From assembly GCA_951406725.2 (NCBI GenBank), contig OX597820.1:6138001-6202000 (forward strand): a stretch of 64,000 nt of DNA. The letters are read 5' to 3'. Below, one piece after another: positions 1 to 12,213 of the stretch. The notes below the pieces were generated by a model, which saw only the letters and a list, made by a program, of their open reading frames with translations, searched no databases and was not told the DNA's origin. Position 1 is the stretch's first letter. Every line of letters begins with the position of its first letter. This stretch comes from Octopus vulgaris (lineage: Eukaryota). Made by a program: the position numbers and the translations under genes.

Positions 1-515
1 GAAAGGTCTAGAGACAAATACTTTCCTCTCTGGTCAATCTCTCATCAACTTCTTCAAGTATCACTTGAAGAGGAAGGTGAGAGTAGAGAGGAAAGTTTTG
101 TCTCGTGAAAGTCTCAAAAGAAGATGAGTGAATGTAGCAAGGATGGCACGTGTGAATGACGAAGTCACCTTGAGCATAATCCTATGAACCAAAAAAAGAA
201 AAAGAAAAAAAAAAGAAAAAAGAAAATCACATACTGTAATGCGTTTTTTTTAGCATGATATTTATTGCTCGAGGTTACCGTAGTATTTTCCGTAGGCTTT
301 TCTTTCTACGGATAAACCTAATCTGTTTCCCCTCTTTACACTATGACATTTCTTTGATACAATATCCCCTATTGATCGTTTTTTTTGTTAACGATCCCTT
401 TTGATCGAATTTCTACCCCGCTTTCCTTTTTTTTCTTTTCCTTCTCTTTCCCCCAGAGAAAAGATCTACTTTGTATTTTGTCCCCTCTGTGTTCCGGCGT
501 TCCGTGGCCAATAAA
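1..515 (+). mobile_element. 3' end of Tx1/L1-like LINE (continues upstream of the window)
   Basis: Closely similar to 33213-33712 (TAGAGACAAA..TTCCTCTCTGG..CATCAACTTCTTCAAGTATCACTTGAAGAGGAAGG); ends at CCAATAAAG followed by CTAT-like repeat. Confidence 0.85.
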
Positions 516-1254
516 GACACACAACCTCTCTATCTATCTCTGTCTATTTAATTGTGAAGCTATTTTCCTCGACGGTGCAATCGAAAACATCTTGGCATAA
601 TAATAATTACCCTGCCCTGTCTTTCATCTTAAATATGATCGAATGCAGAAGAATAAAACATTAGTCCTCAATAAAAATCTTAAAATCTCAAAATAACAAG
701 TTTAAAACACAAAAAATATAATCAAGAAAGACAACTCTAAATTAGAAGAATAGAGTTATTCCCCTTGCAAATATATATTTTAACGTTTAATCGTGGATGT
801 GTTCGATATCATTGTGCTTGCAGTAGCTTGTTCGGTTTTTCAATTGTTTTGAATGCAGAGGGATAAATAATTGTGTCATACTTTCGTACTTCGGGGATCA
901 ATAGAATAACATCGATCTTGACCTACGTCTGGAATTGATTTAATTGATTTAAATTGATATGCCTCCAAAAAGACGTCTTTGAAGATCTCGATACGAGTTC
1001 GAAATCTGAGTACTTCGTAGTGATGTTAACTCTGTGAAAACGGATAAGAATAAAAGCCCCACCGGCCACGGGACTCGCATCAGGAGCAACATTCACCCCC
1101 GCCTTCAGCTGTTATTAAGTTCCAAAAGCATCATGTCTGCTGTTAGTTGAGCGCAGAAGACGTTGCATCGTAATGTGTGTGTGCGCGTGTGTGTGTGTGT
1201 GTGTTCCTTAAAATGATTCTCAGATAGAATTCATGTAAAACAGAGTTTGTAACA

Positions 1255-1432
1255 AAATCTCGACTGGAAATCATCCGTCTGGCTTCCCACCAGTTTCCGC
1301 CAAAACAATTCCCCTTCCCCAGATTTGAGTGACCTGAGACTATGTTAAAAGAAACTTTTCCTAAAATACCAAGTCGTGAGATCGAAACGATGACCTCACA
1401 ATCAAAAGCCAAGCTCATATTAAACGACTAGG
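1255..1432 (-). mobile_element. Old degenerate tRNA-derived SINE
   Basis: Minus strand has B-box-like GTTTCGATCTC and GGCGGAAACTG..GAAGCC, resembling the SINE at 4998-5421. Confidence 0.45.
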
Positions 1433-1672
1433 GGTTGACCAACTTGGTGCTTTAGGCTCGCCTATAGAGTATAGTACTGGTAGTAATAAAGTGTGGTACC
1501 TTACTACCGCTACGTAGACTGAGCCGTTGACAGTTATGGGCCTTTGTCATTGACGCGAATATTTACAACCAAGTGGACTACTGATAATTAACTGTATTTC
1601 TCCGATACAGAGTACATTGTCTATAGTTCGATATACCCCATTGTATTGAACCATGCTTCAATGTGGTACCTA

Positions 1673-1690
1673 GTGTCGCCCTCTGGTGCA
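1673..1690 (-). promoter_or_regulatory. CTCF-like motif
   Basis: Minus strand TGCACCAGAGGGCGACAC resembles the CCASYAGRKGGCRS consensus; motif match only. Confidence 0.25.
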
Positions 1691-1999
1691 ATAATGTTGA
1701 ATATCAAGCGTGATGGCTACCGTATCTACAGAGTTGAACGTATTCTACAGCCACGGAAATTGTGTTAAGAATTTCAATGATATCATGCGTTGCTACATTA
1801 CGATGTTGTAATAGAGACGAATTCCTGCCGGAACTAAAATTTGAAACCTCCCCCGTCTCGCTATTGTTACTCACCCATCTTTTGAGTCTACCATTTCTCG
1901 CTCTCGCTGCTAACAATAACACACTCCTCCACTCCATCTATCCACACTTATACTCCTATAAATTATACAAGTGACAAAATTTATATGTAGAAGCACTGA

Positions 2000-2049
<50 letters not shown>

Positions 2050-2125
2050 TATTTAATAAATAAAATATATGCATACATACATACATACATATATGTACGT
2101 ACCTACATCTACATGTGTATATACA

Positions 2126-2190
<65 letters not shown>

Positions 2191-2192
<2 letters not shown>

Positions 2193-2294
2193 TACAGGAC
2201 ACCACAAATAAACGTAGAACACAACGAGAAACGAAAACATAAAAAACAACTAGGAAACGGACTTTTTTTAACAAAGAAAAAACAGAGTACAAGA

Positions 2295-2300
<6 letters not shown>
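2191..2300 (-). mobile_element. Short interspersed repeat in microsatellite (probable Penelope-type terminal fragment)
   Basis: TACAGGACACCA..GAACACAA.GAGAAACGAAAACATA..AGAGTACA.GAC recurs inverted at ~49860-50000; related segments at ~48139 and ~57800. Confidence 0.5.
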
Positions 2301-2374
<74 letters not shown>

Positions 2375-3577
2375 TATTTATATAATAAATACAGACATAT
2401 ATGAATACAAGAAAACACACAGACACATACACACATACATCCACACATAGATGCATGCATACATGCGTAAAGACAGACAGACGGACAGACACATCAATAC
2501 CGAAATGTCATCAGCGGCAAAAAACACTGACATAGTATAAACAGTGACTTCAAAACATGTGAAGAGATATGAGTGGACAACCACACACACACACGCACCC
2601 TGCATATAAATACATACATACATACATACATACATACATACATACAAACACACACAAACACACATATATATGCATATATATACACATATATATATACATG
2701 TATATACATATATACATATACATATATAAATATATATACATATATACATATATACATATATAAATATATATACATATATATATACATATATATATATGTA
2801 TATATTTATGTATGTATGTTTGTATACTTACACACTATAGGGTGTGTAGATTAATGTATATCATTGTAAGTGAATATAACTACTATTTTCTGACTTTCTT
2901 TCTTTGACTTTCTGACTTTCTCTCTCTCTCTCCCTCCTCATATATATATACGATGCTTAACAGGTTGTCGTGTGATTATTTTCGAGTATGTAAGTCGTTA
3001 CCTGATTGCTGTGCTTTAAGTTCATAATATTCTATCCCATGGGGAGGAATACCGTCTGATTCTGAAGGGCAGATAACGCTGAAGTAAATAAATATGGAGA
3101 ATTCACCGTGCATTCGCTTAGGGAACCTCTGGAAAAGACAGAGAGAAAAGAGAGAAAGAAATGGAGAAATACAGAGACATACATGTGTTAGGTACGTGTT
3201 ATTGGTGTCATTAAACATTGTATAAGAAACAACATATCAGATTTGAGAAATGAAAACAAAGAGATTTTAGATGAAACGTTGGGGCAAGACGATGAAATTG
3301 GTGAGATGTAGATAGGGAGATGTGTTAGACATGGAATCAACAGGAGTTTATTGGCTGAAGAGTTCTTGGGTGGGATAAGAAGTGAAACAGAAAAATTGAG
3401 AGAAGTTTATACACATATTCACAAGCACACAAACACACATACATCCATACACATACGAATGTGTGAGTATGTCTGTATGGATCTACATATATGTACGTAC
3501 GTACGTATGAACATATGTATGTATGCATGTATGTAAAAATGTATGTATGTGTGTATGTGTGCCTATGTGTACGTAAG

Positions 3578-3940
3578 CTTCATTCTCAAGTTCGGCAAAA
3601 GTTCGGGTCCCCTCGTTCCCATCGAAGTCCCCGATATTCGTCTACGGTGCTGTTAATTAATAAAATGTTATTTTGAAAGATGAACCTTAATTCTTCTATG
3701 ATGAACCATTTTCTCAATTCGTTCAGGTATGTCACTTGGAAACTTGTATAGAATTGTATAGATTCTATTCCGTATTCCTGAAGAACTGAGGTGTGGACAC
3801 ATATTGCATTGAATGAGACAAAGAGAATCCTTGCTGGTTTTGCTCAGGAAATGGTTTAAAAAGTCCAAGTCATATCCTACGAACGAATGGGTTGAGAAGC
3901 ACTTCAGTGAAGCTACTAAGTCTATGTCTGACAAAAGTCA

Positions 3941-3941
<1 letters not shown>
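3578..3941 (-). pseudogene. Penelope-like element reverse transcriptase fragment (frameshifted)
   Basis: Frames join to RHRLSSFTEVLLNPF / YDLDFLNHF / KFPSDIPERIEK / FIIEELRFIFQNN / RRISGTSMGTRGP, matching PLE RT motifs (LS.F.D.LL.P, D..DFL, ..NN.F, GTAMGT). Confidence 0.75.
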
Positions 3942-3991
<50 letters not shown>

Positions 3992-4173
3992 AAATATTAG
4001 GGAATAAATCCAAATTTACAGGGAAAAATCAGATTTAGGATTGAATCCAATTTTATAGTAAAATATTATATAATATTAATTAGAGACAAAACCACTATTT
4101 TGCAAATCAAACAAAGAAAGACTTAATCCAATACATAAAAAAATTTAATATAAATTAAATAAAATTAAATTCG

Positions 4174-4219
4174 CCACTACAATTGTTTCGTGTCTCTTCT
4201 AAGGACATTCATCAGGTGG
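4174..4219 (-). ncRNA. Type I hammerhead ribozyme
   Basis: CCAC-CUGAUGA-aUGUC(cuuagaaga)GACAc-GAAAC-aauu-GUA^GUGG: canonical core, stem I CCAC/GUGG, stem II UGUC/GACA, palindromic stem III ACAAUUGU. Confidence 0.8.
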
Positions 4220-4261
4220 ATTTCAGATCTTCTATTCAATTTTAAGTTATGAAGTCTCTAA

Positions 4262-4312
<51 letters not shown>

Positions 4313-4435
4313 CTATAATGATAAGGGTTAAATTAATTAATAATTAATAATTTTGTCGAGTAGATCGGTATGTTAAAAGAACCATTATCGGTAACCTTAT
4401 AAAGAAATTCTATAATTTATATATATATATATATA

Positions 4436-4496
4436 ATGGCGGTGCCCCGGCATGTCCACAGCTCATGAGCTGAAACTAGAATCAATCAATCAATCA
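4436..4496 (+). mobile_element. Severely 5'-truncated CR1-like LINE 3' tail
   Basis: ATGGCGGTGCCCCGGCATGTCCACAGCTCATGAGCTGAAACTAG matches the 3' end of the LINE at 40460-43250; (AATC)n tail; inserted in (TA)n. Confidence 0.75.
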
Positions 4497-4529
4497 TATA
4501 TAATTAAATAATCAGTTCTGCTTAAAACA

Positions 4530-4725
4530 CAAGACCTGGAATGTGGGCGACGGGGTTAAGTCGATTACATCGAAACCAGTATCCGACTGGTACTTATTTT
4601 ATTGACTCCGAAAGGATGAAAGCCAAATTTTGACATCGGTAGAATTTGAACTGAGAACGTATGGACGGACGAAATGCCGCCAAGTGTCTCGTCCGGCATG
4701 CCAAAGACGCTGCCTGTTCGCTGCT
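4530..4725 (-). mobile_element. tRNA-derived SINE with Nin/Deu-like domain
   Basis: Reverse complement has B-box GTTCAAATTC and TTTCATCCTTTCGGAGTCAATAAAAATAAGTACCAGT. Confidence 0.75.
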
Positions 4726-4997
4726 TAGTACGCAACTAAAGAATGAAAAGAAACCAGATGGAAAATATAAGGGAGAAAACTCAAATGAATATTTTATTGA
4801 GTTATCTCCCTTGGACGTTCTTTTTTTTTTTTTTTTCAAAACTCAAATTTCTTTGACGTATTTATTTATATATTTACTCACTTTACTTTTGGTCCATTTT
4901 CCCCGTCATTAGACTGCGGTCATGCTGGTGCACCACCTTGACAATTTCTAATCGAACAAATCGTTCACATTACTATTTTAAAAAAAAATGTCTTATA

Positions 4998-5162
4998 GGC
5001 GCAGGAGTGGCTGTTTGGTAAGTAGCTTGCTAACCAACCACATGGTTCCGGGTTCAGTCCCACTGCGTGGCATCTTGGGCACGTGTCTTCTGCTATAGCC
5101 CCGGGCCGACCAATGCCTTGTGAGTGGATTTGGTAGACGGAAACTGAAAGAAGCCTGTCGTA

Positions 5163-5199
<37 letters not shown>

Positions 5200-5421
5200 A
5201 TGTGTGTGTGTGAATATGTTTGTGTGTCTGTGTTTGTTCCCCTAGCATTGCTTGACAACCGATGCTGGTGTGTTTACGTCCCCGTCACTTAGCGGTTCGG
5301 CAAAAGACACCGATAGAATAAGTACTGGGCTTACAAAGAATAAGTCCCGGGGTCGATTTGCTCGACTAAAGGTGGTGCTCCAGCATGGCCGCAGTCAAAT
5401 GACTGAAACAAGTGAAAAGAG
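4998..5421 (+). mobile_element. Full-length tRNA-derived SINE (CORE-like segment, internal microsatellite, CR1-type tail)
   Basis: A box TGGCTGTTTGGT, B box GGTTCAGTCCC, CTTGGGCAC core-like segment, internal (TA)n(TG)n, tail GGTGGTGCTCCAGCATGGCCGCAGTCAAATGACTGAAAC. Confidence 0.85.
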
Positions 5422-5580
5422 TTAAAAAAAGAGTAAGAGTATCCTTATGCTATCCTTCCCATCTCCCACCTTGGCTGGGAAATAAACTTCTTATCACGCA
5501 GTCTCGCCGCTATATTTTCATTTATCTATTTATCTATTATTAATTAATTAATTAATTAATTAATTTAGTTATTTATTTCC

Positions 5581-5725
5581 TCTTTTACTCTTTTACTTAT
5601 TTCAGTCATGCGGCCCCAGAGCATATTCTTTGTAAGCCTAGTACTTAATATATCAGTGCTCTTGTGCTGAACCGCTAAGTTACCGGGACGTAACCAGCGA
5701 TGTTGAAGGGTGGGGTGGGGGATAA

Positions 5726-5799
<74 letters not shown>

Positions 5800-5956
5800 G
5801 ACGGGCCTCTTTCAGTTTCCATCTACCAAATCCACACACAAGGTTTTGGTCGGCCCGGGACTATAGTAGAAGACACTTGCCCAAGGTGCCACGCAGTGAG
5901 ACTGAACCCGAAACCATGTGGTTGCTAAGCAAGCTTCTTACCACATAGCCACTCCT
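5581..5956 (-). mobile_element. SINE, same family as 4998-5421
   Basis: Reverse-complement similarity across head, internal microsatellite and tail. Confidence 0.8.
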
Positions 5957-6389
5957 TTATTTATCTTTTTATTTGTATATCTGTTAGTTAAACTCCTCAC
6001 CTGTAATACAAGAAAAGGGTTGAAGGAGTTATGCATTTCATTGGTTGGCCAACAGAGAGGATCGGCCAATCACTCCAGCCCCGAACCCCGACTACAAACT
6101 CACACGCCACCTACATCTTCAACCCTTAATATTATGGCTAATAGATCTTCGGTATGGTTGATCTTGCATCATTTCGATCGAGGCCACCCTACTCCTTCAC
6201 CTCTTCACCACCCGTATTACTCTCCTTCTCACAGCTGCGACAGCAATCCACATACCCGTCGTTCAAACCCAAATTGACAAATTTATAACAGAAACGATAA
6301 TCATAATAAAATAAATAAACAACTACGCAGTGTCTCATATTTTTGTTTGCCAACTCAGTTGTATCTATAAATTTATCTTTGTGTGTGTG

Positions 6390-6450
<61 letters not shown>

Positions 6451-6452
<2 letters not shown>

Positions 6453-6515
6453 TTCGTAGATAGGAACTGAAACAAATCAATCGTATATATATGTAAGTAT
6501 ATATGTAAGTGTATG
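6451..6515 (+). repeat. Left copy of ~65-bp target-site duplication of the RTE
   Basis: Matches 9213-9277 with 3 substitutions. Confidence 0.9.
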
Positions 6516-9206
6516 TGTTTTGGTATTGGCAACATGAATGACAATGGTCAGAGATTACTTGAATTTTGCACATACCATAACCTGTGCACCACTAACAAAT
6601 TCTTTGCCAACAAGACATTCCACAAGGCATCTTGGAGGAATCCAAGATCTCACCACTGGCATCAACTAGATCTCATCATTACACGAAGACCCTTTCTGAA
6701 TTCTGTTCAACTGTCTCGTAGTTACCACAGCGCGGATTGTGACACAGATCATTCACTAATAAGAAGCAGGGTGAGGATTCTGCCTAAAAAAGTCCATCAC
6801 TCCAAGAAAATGGGCCGACCACGCATTAACACTGCCAGAACTTCCGACCCTACACTGCGACAATGTTTTGCTGTTTCTATCAAAATTGCCCTCAGTAGCT
6901 GCCCAACCTCCTCTGCTGAAAGTAGGTGGAATTATATCAGGGAAGCTTTGTATACCACATCAATAGAAACTTTCGGCATGAGAGATAGGCAAAACCCAGA
7001 TTTTGTTCAGTGCTGGGCTCTCAGAGCTGGAAACAGTTATCGAAGCAAAGCGTGCAGCTCTGATGTAATACAAGAGTGATTCTTCTATAAAGTCACTCGA
7101 AGAACTCAGAAAGGCAAGAAATAAAACCCAACTGACTGCCAGACGCTGTGCAAATAGGTATTGGCAGGAAATCTGTCAGAGTATCCAGTCAGCTGCTGAC
7201 AGTGGCGACACCCGTGGGATGTATGCCGGTTTGAAGAAGGCCCTCGGTCCATCCGCAACCAAGTCAGCCCCTCTGAAATCAACAACTGGCGATCTCATGA
7301 AGGACCAAAGCAAGCAAATGGATAGATGGGTGGAGTACTACCAGGATCTCTACTCACGAGAGACCTCGGTAGCGGAGGCGGCAGTCGAGGGTGTCAAGAT
7401 CTTGCCAGTCGTGTGCGAACTTGACAGTCTGCCATCTATAACATAGCTCACCAAGACTATTGACTCTCTAGCAAGTAACAAGGCTCCGGGAAAAGACGGT
7501 ATCCCCTTAGAGATCATCAAAACCGGCAAAAACACCATCCTGCTTTGGCACATTCATGAACTTTTGTTTCAGTGCTGGGAAGAGGGTACAGTCCCTCAGA
7601 ATATGCGGAATGCTAACAGCATTACGCCTTACAAAAACAAAGGTGACCGTGGTGATTGTAACAATTACCGTGGAAAATCTCTTCTAAGCACTGTTGGAAA
7701 GACCTTTGCTCGCGTTATCCTGTCCAGGCTACAACTGCTTGCTTCTCGAATTTATCTAGAATCGCAGTGTGGCTTTAGAAGAAGCAAATCAAGTATTGAC
7801 ATGATATTCTCCATACGCCAACTTCAGGAGAAGTCCACAGAGCAGAAACTGCCATTATATATGGCCTTCATTGATCGGACAAAGTTGTTTGACTTGGTAA
7901 GTAGAAAAGGCTTCTTCATCCTGCTCCAAAAAATCGGATGTCCACCAAATCTGCTGAGGATCATCACATCTTTCCATGATGATATACAAGGCACCATACA
8001 GCACAATGGTTTAACATCAGCCGCCTTCCAAATAAAAAACGGGGTAAATCAAGGTTGTGTTCTTGCTCCTACATTATTTGGCATCTTATTCTCGCTGCTG
8101 CTGTCACATGCATTTGAGACATCAGATGATGGAGTGTTTCTGCACAGTAGAAGTGACGGGAAACTGTTCAATCTCTCGCGTCTGCGTGCCAAGACCAAAA
8201 TCAGGAGCGTCCTGATCAAGGAGATGCTATTTGCTGATGATGCCGCTCTGGTATCACACACAGAAGAAGCTCTACGAAGGTTCATCAACTGTTTTGAGCA
8301 AGCATGTAGCGACTTTGGCTTAGTTATCAGCCTCAAGAAGACTAACATCATGGGTCAGGCTACATCAGACATCCCAAACATACATATTGGAGACGACAGA
8401 CTACATGAGGTGGAGAAGTGTACCTATCTTGGCTCAATATACGCATTGGCAATGCGGCTGCTGTGATGGCCCAACTCTCCAAATGGGCATTGGACAAAAA
8501 TAAGCTGACCATGACCACAAAAATGAAGATTTACCAGGCATGTGTACTTAGCACTCTACCGTATGGAAGTGAGACTTGGACGCTATACACACGCCAGGAG
8601 CGTCGCCTAAATATCTTTCACCTGCGCTGCCTCCGGAAAATCCTTCGCTTCAAATGGCAGAATCATGTCCCCAACAAAGATGTCCTCAAGCAAGCAGGAA
8701 TACCAAGCATGTTTGCACTCCTCACACAAAGACGTATGAGATGGCTTGGACATGTTAGCCGTATGGAAGATGGCAGGATCCCCAAGGACATACTCTACGG
8801 AGAGCTTGCTAGGGGCACTAGGTCTGTGGGAAGAATGTTCTTACGATACAAGGATGTTTGCAAAAGGGACATGAATGCCTACAATATCAATATTACCAAC
8901 TGGGAAGCAGTTGCCAGCAACCGTGGAGATTGGCGACGTACCGTAAAAGAGGGAACACAACGAGTGACATAGAGAGAGAGGAGAAATGGAAAGACAAGAA
9001 AAGACGTCAACAAGAAACTATGATATTACAACCAGCCAGGCAAAGTCTTCGCTACATTTGCGGCACCTGCCAGAGGAAGTGTTTGTCTAGGATAGGACTA
9101 TACAGACACAGCAGGAGATGTATTAGGACATGAAATGTAAAAGCCGGACTAGATTATTTTACGCGCAACTCTATTGTCTCCCGAGACAAAAAGGATGCCA
9201 ACAACA
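6516..9206 (+). mobile_element. RTE-clade LINE, 5'-truncated, disrupted ORF (APE C-terminus, RT, C-terminal zinc finger)
   Basis: ORFs 6513-7079 (N.NG.RLL..C, HQLDLI, TDHSL), 7564-8466 (NYRG.SLL, QCGFR, QGCVLAPTLF, FADD), 8418-8972 (YGSETW, RWLGHV.RM), CGTC..SRIGLYRHSRRC; ends GGATGCCAACAACAA; flanked by a long direct repeat. Confidence 0.95.
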
Positions 9207-9212
9207 ATATAT

Positions 9213-9277
9213 ATTTCGTAGACAGGAACTGAATCAAATCAATCGTATATATATGTATGTATATATGTAAGTGTATG
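9213..9277 (+). repeat. Right copy of ~65-bp target-site duplication of the RTE
   Basis: ATTTCGTAGA.AGGAACTGAA.CAAATCAATCGTATATATATGTA.GTATATATGTAAGTGTATG. Confidence 0.9.
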
Positions 9278-9494
9278 GGTGTGTCTGTGTGTTTTACCCT
9301 CATCACTGCTTCACAACTGCTGTTCATTTATTTACATCCACATAACTTTCTGATTTCACAAAAACAAACTTATAGAATAAGTGCCAGGCTTATCAACATA
9401 AAAAATGCACTAGGCTGTGTCTCATATTTTTATTTGCCCACTCAGTTGTATCTATCAATTTATCTTTGTATGTGTGTGTATATATCTATATCTA

Positions 9495-9642
<148 letters not shown>

Positions 9643-9644
9643 CA

Positions 9645-10974
9645 TATATATATATAACACCCTAACGGGAGCCTTAACTCCCACATTTTAGTAATTTCTT
9701 TCGTGATCCAAAACTAGGTCAAAAGTACTGAATGGATTTTTAGGACATTTGGAAATTATATTCTATGCAAAAGGGCCATAATCCCCATGACAATTCATAT
9801 ATCTTTGCTGTTGATGAAATTTTAACCATAGATATTAGACACAAATGAAGTAATATTTATAAAATGTCATCTTCTTACAAGTTAGAAAGACCCCTCCATG
9901 GGGACTTAACACCCAAAATTTTGTCATTTTATGTAAGCAAAAACGAATACAGTTGTGCTCTTGGAAACTGTAGGGTTACCCGAGCATAAAAGTTGAGCAG
10001 TATTTGTAATTCAATGGTACAACAGTGTAAGAGTTTGCTTTGACATACACTTACATTGTGATTTCTGCAATGTGCTGCATAAATTGTCAAGTAAATGAGA
10101 AGCATCTTTGCCTCCACTGATTCAGTTGCAAAGTGTTGAGTAAAGTTATTTGATTGCAGACCTCCTTTTAGTCTTTTTAGTATCACTCAGTCACACATAG
10201 TCCCTATGGTAACATTTTTTTCAAGGCCTTCCCAGATGACTGACTGGTTATTCAGAGACATTTATAGATTGTAAATTTATTCTGTCCAGTTACGTATCAA
10301 TATAGTGGTCATTTGCAAACTCCAGAAGTGACACTTTCATTAATCATTAGCCCTCACGTCACACAGTTGTTAATGATGATTTCAGTTGGGTCACGCCCTT
10401 CCAATTGCTATAGATTCGTAATGAATCTTACGGCTGTGCCTGTCACCTGGACGGTGAGGAATCCTACATTGGGAGTGGTAACGACTAGGGTACTGTAGCA
10501 GAATGCTTATTGTGATCATTCGTCTTTTGGTTTCCTGTAGCTTTGCTCTCTTTTACAAACTCAGTGAACATATATTTCTTATTTCAAAGAAATTCAAACA
10601 ATAGATATAAGACCCAAGTTAAAAAGATTCCCAACAATTCAACTACTCTGGTTGACATTAAGATGCCCACCCTCAACAGGGGCCTTAACTCTAACATTTT
10701 AGAGCTCCATGACCTTCATTTTTCAGGAGCAAAATCTTTTTAACAGGTTCAATAAGACTGGAATTTTGGAATCTGCGCATAAAAATCAAAAGTATGGGAT
10801 ACATGTGGCACGATTACAATTTTTTGGTGGGTGGTGTAAAGAGGAAAATAACCCTCATCTGCAATTTTGATGACATTCGAAACATAGATATTCCAGTTCA
10901 TTACAGAAAATATAACATAAAAGCCTAATTCTTCAATTGTATGTAACTCGGGCAACGCCGGGTATCTCTGCTAG
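9645..10974 (+). mobile_element. Non-autonomous Helitron (3' end clear, 5' end uncertain)
   Basis: 3' CTCGGGCAACGCCGGG hairpin then CTAG^T; 5' TATATATAA..CTAAC..CTCCCACATTTT resembles the 5' part of 29533-29922. Confidence 0.6.
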
Positions 10975-11019
10975 TGATCGATAAAATGACTTAGCGGTTC
11001 GAGAAACACACACACACAA

Positions 11020-11081
<62 letters not shown>

Positions 11082-11082
<1 letters not shown>

Positions 11083-11389
11083 GAGGCGCAATGGCCTAGT
11101 GGTTAGGGCAGCGGCCTCGCGGTCGTAGGATCGCGGTTTCGATTCCCAGACCGAGCGTTGTGAGTGTTTATTGAGCGAAAACACCTAAAGCTCCACGAGG
11201 CTCCGGCAGGGGGTGGTGGCGATCCTTGCTGTACTCTTTCGCCACAACTTTCTCTCACTCTTTCTTCTGTTGGCCTGCTCGCTTAGCCAGCGGGGTCGCG
11301 TCATTTGAAGGCTAAAACAATGCCAAGCGCATTGTGACCAGCGATATGTAACAACATCTGATGACCTGGTCGGTGATCACGGTGATACG

Positions 11390-11394
<5 letters not shown>
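11082..11394 (+). mobile_element. tRNA-derived SINE (GGAGGCGCAATGG head), tail type A
   Basis: A box TGGCCTAGTGG, B box GGTTTCGATTCCC; ends in GGTGAT-type repeats; inserted in (TA)n. Confidence 0.85.
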
Positions 11395-11427
<33 letters not shown>

Positions 11428-11799
11428 TATATATATATACATGTATCGGTAACCAATAACATACTTTCCTTACAGTTTTATGAATACGGTGAAAGTATTG
11501 ACTTGTCTTTCCTTCATGACATATCGTTGAATGGAGGAGAGAGGGAATTGTTATCAGGCCTTGGCAATTGGTTCTACGAATGGCACAACAGGGATGGGTA
11601 AGTTACTGTATCTGAAATAGAGTCGACTAACAACGAAAGAACCCAACCAATATACAAAGACACGCACACACTCACACATACACACATACACGCACACAGA
11701 CACGCGCATAGATACTTATAAGTGTATATGTGCGTGGCTGAGCGTATGTGCATATGTTAGCGCATGCGTGCATGTGCGTGTTCATCGGTATTGTCTTTA

Positions 11800-12213
11800 T
11801 GAAGGCAGCGAGCTGGCAGAAACGTTAGCGCGACGGGCGAAATGCTGAGCGGTATTTCGTCTGCCGTTACGTTCTGAGTTCAAATTCCGCCGAGGTCGAC
11901 TTTGCCTTTCATCCTTTCGGGGTCGATAAATTAAGTACCAGTTAAGCACTTGGGTCGATGTAATCGACTTAATCCGTTTGTCTGTCCTTGTTTCTCCCCT
12001 CTATGTTTAGCCCCTTGTGGGTAGTAATGAAATAGGTATTTCGTCTGCCGCTACGTTTTGAGTTCAAATTCCGCCGAGGTCGACTTTGCCTTTCATCCTT
12101 TCGATAATTTAAGTACCAGTTACGCAATTGTGGTCGATGTAATCGACTTAATCCCTTTGTCTGTCCTTGTTTCTCCCCTCTATGTTTAGCCCCTTGTGGG
12201 TAGTAATGAAATA
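11800..12213 (+). mobile_element. Nin/Deu-like SINE with tandem ~180-bp body, 13-bp TSD
   Basis: Head GGCAGCGAGCTGGCAGAA; unit GGTATTTCGTCTGCC..GAAATA present twice; GGTATTGTCTTTA at 11787-11799 and 12214-12226. Confidence 0.9.

Noticed and set aside
2003-2854. Numerous YIYI/VCMY/HTHT ORFs here and throughout the window
   Set aside because: Stop-free translations of TA, CA and TATG microsatellites
3353-3395. CTGAAGA..GAAAC on the plus strand
   Set aside because: No stem I or III and no cleavage triplet; chance match
11082-11155. tRNA gene-like sequence (also near 17620 and 27320)
   Set aside because: Continues into a SINE body, lacks a proper acceptor stem and terminator, and is multi-copy
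11851-12213. Repeat array resembling CRISPR or satellite
   Set aside because: Only two contiguous units with no spacers, in eukaryotic SINE sequence; no cas genes
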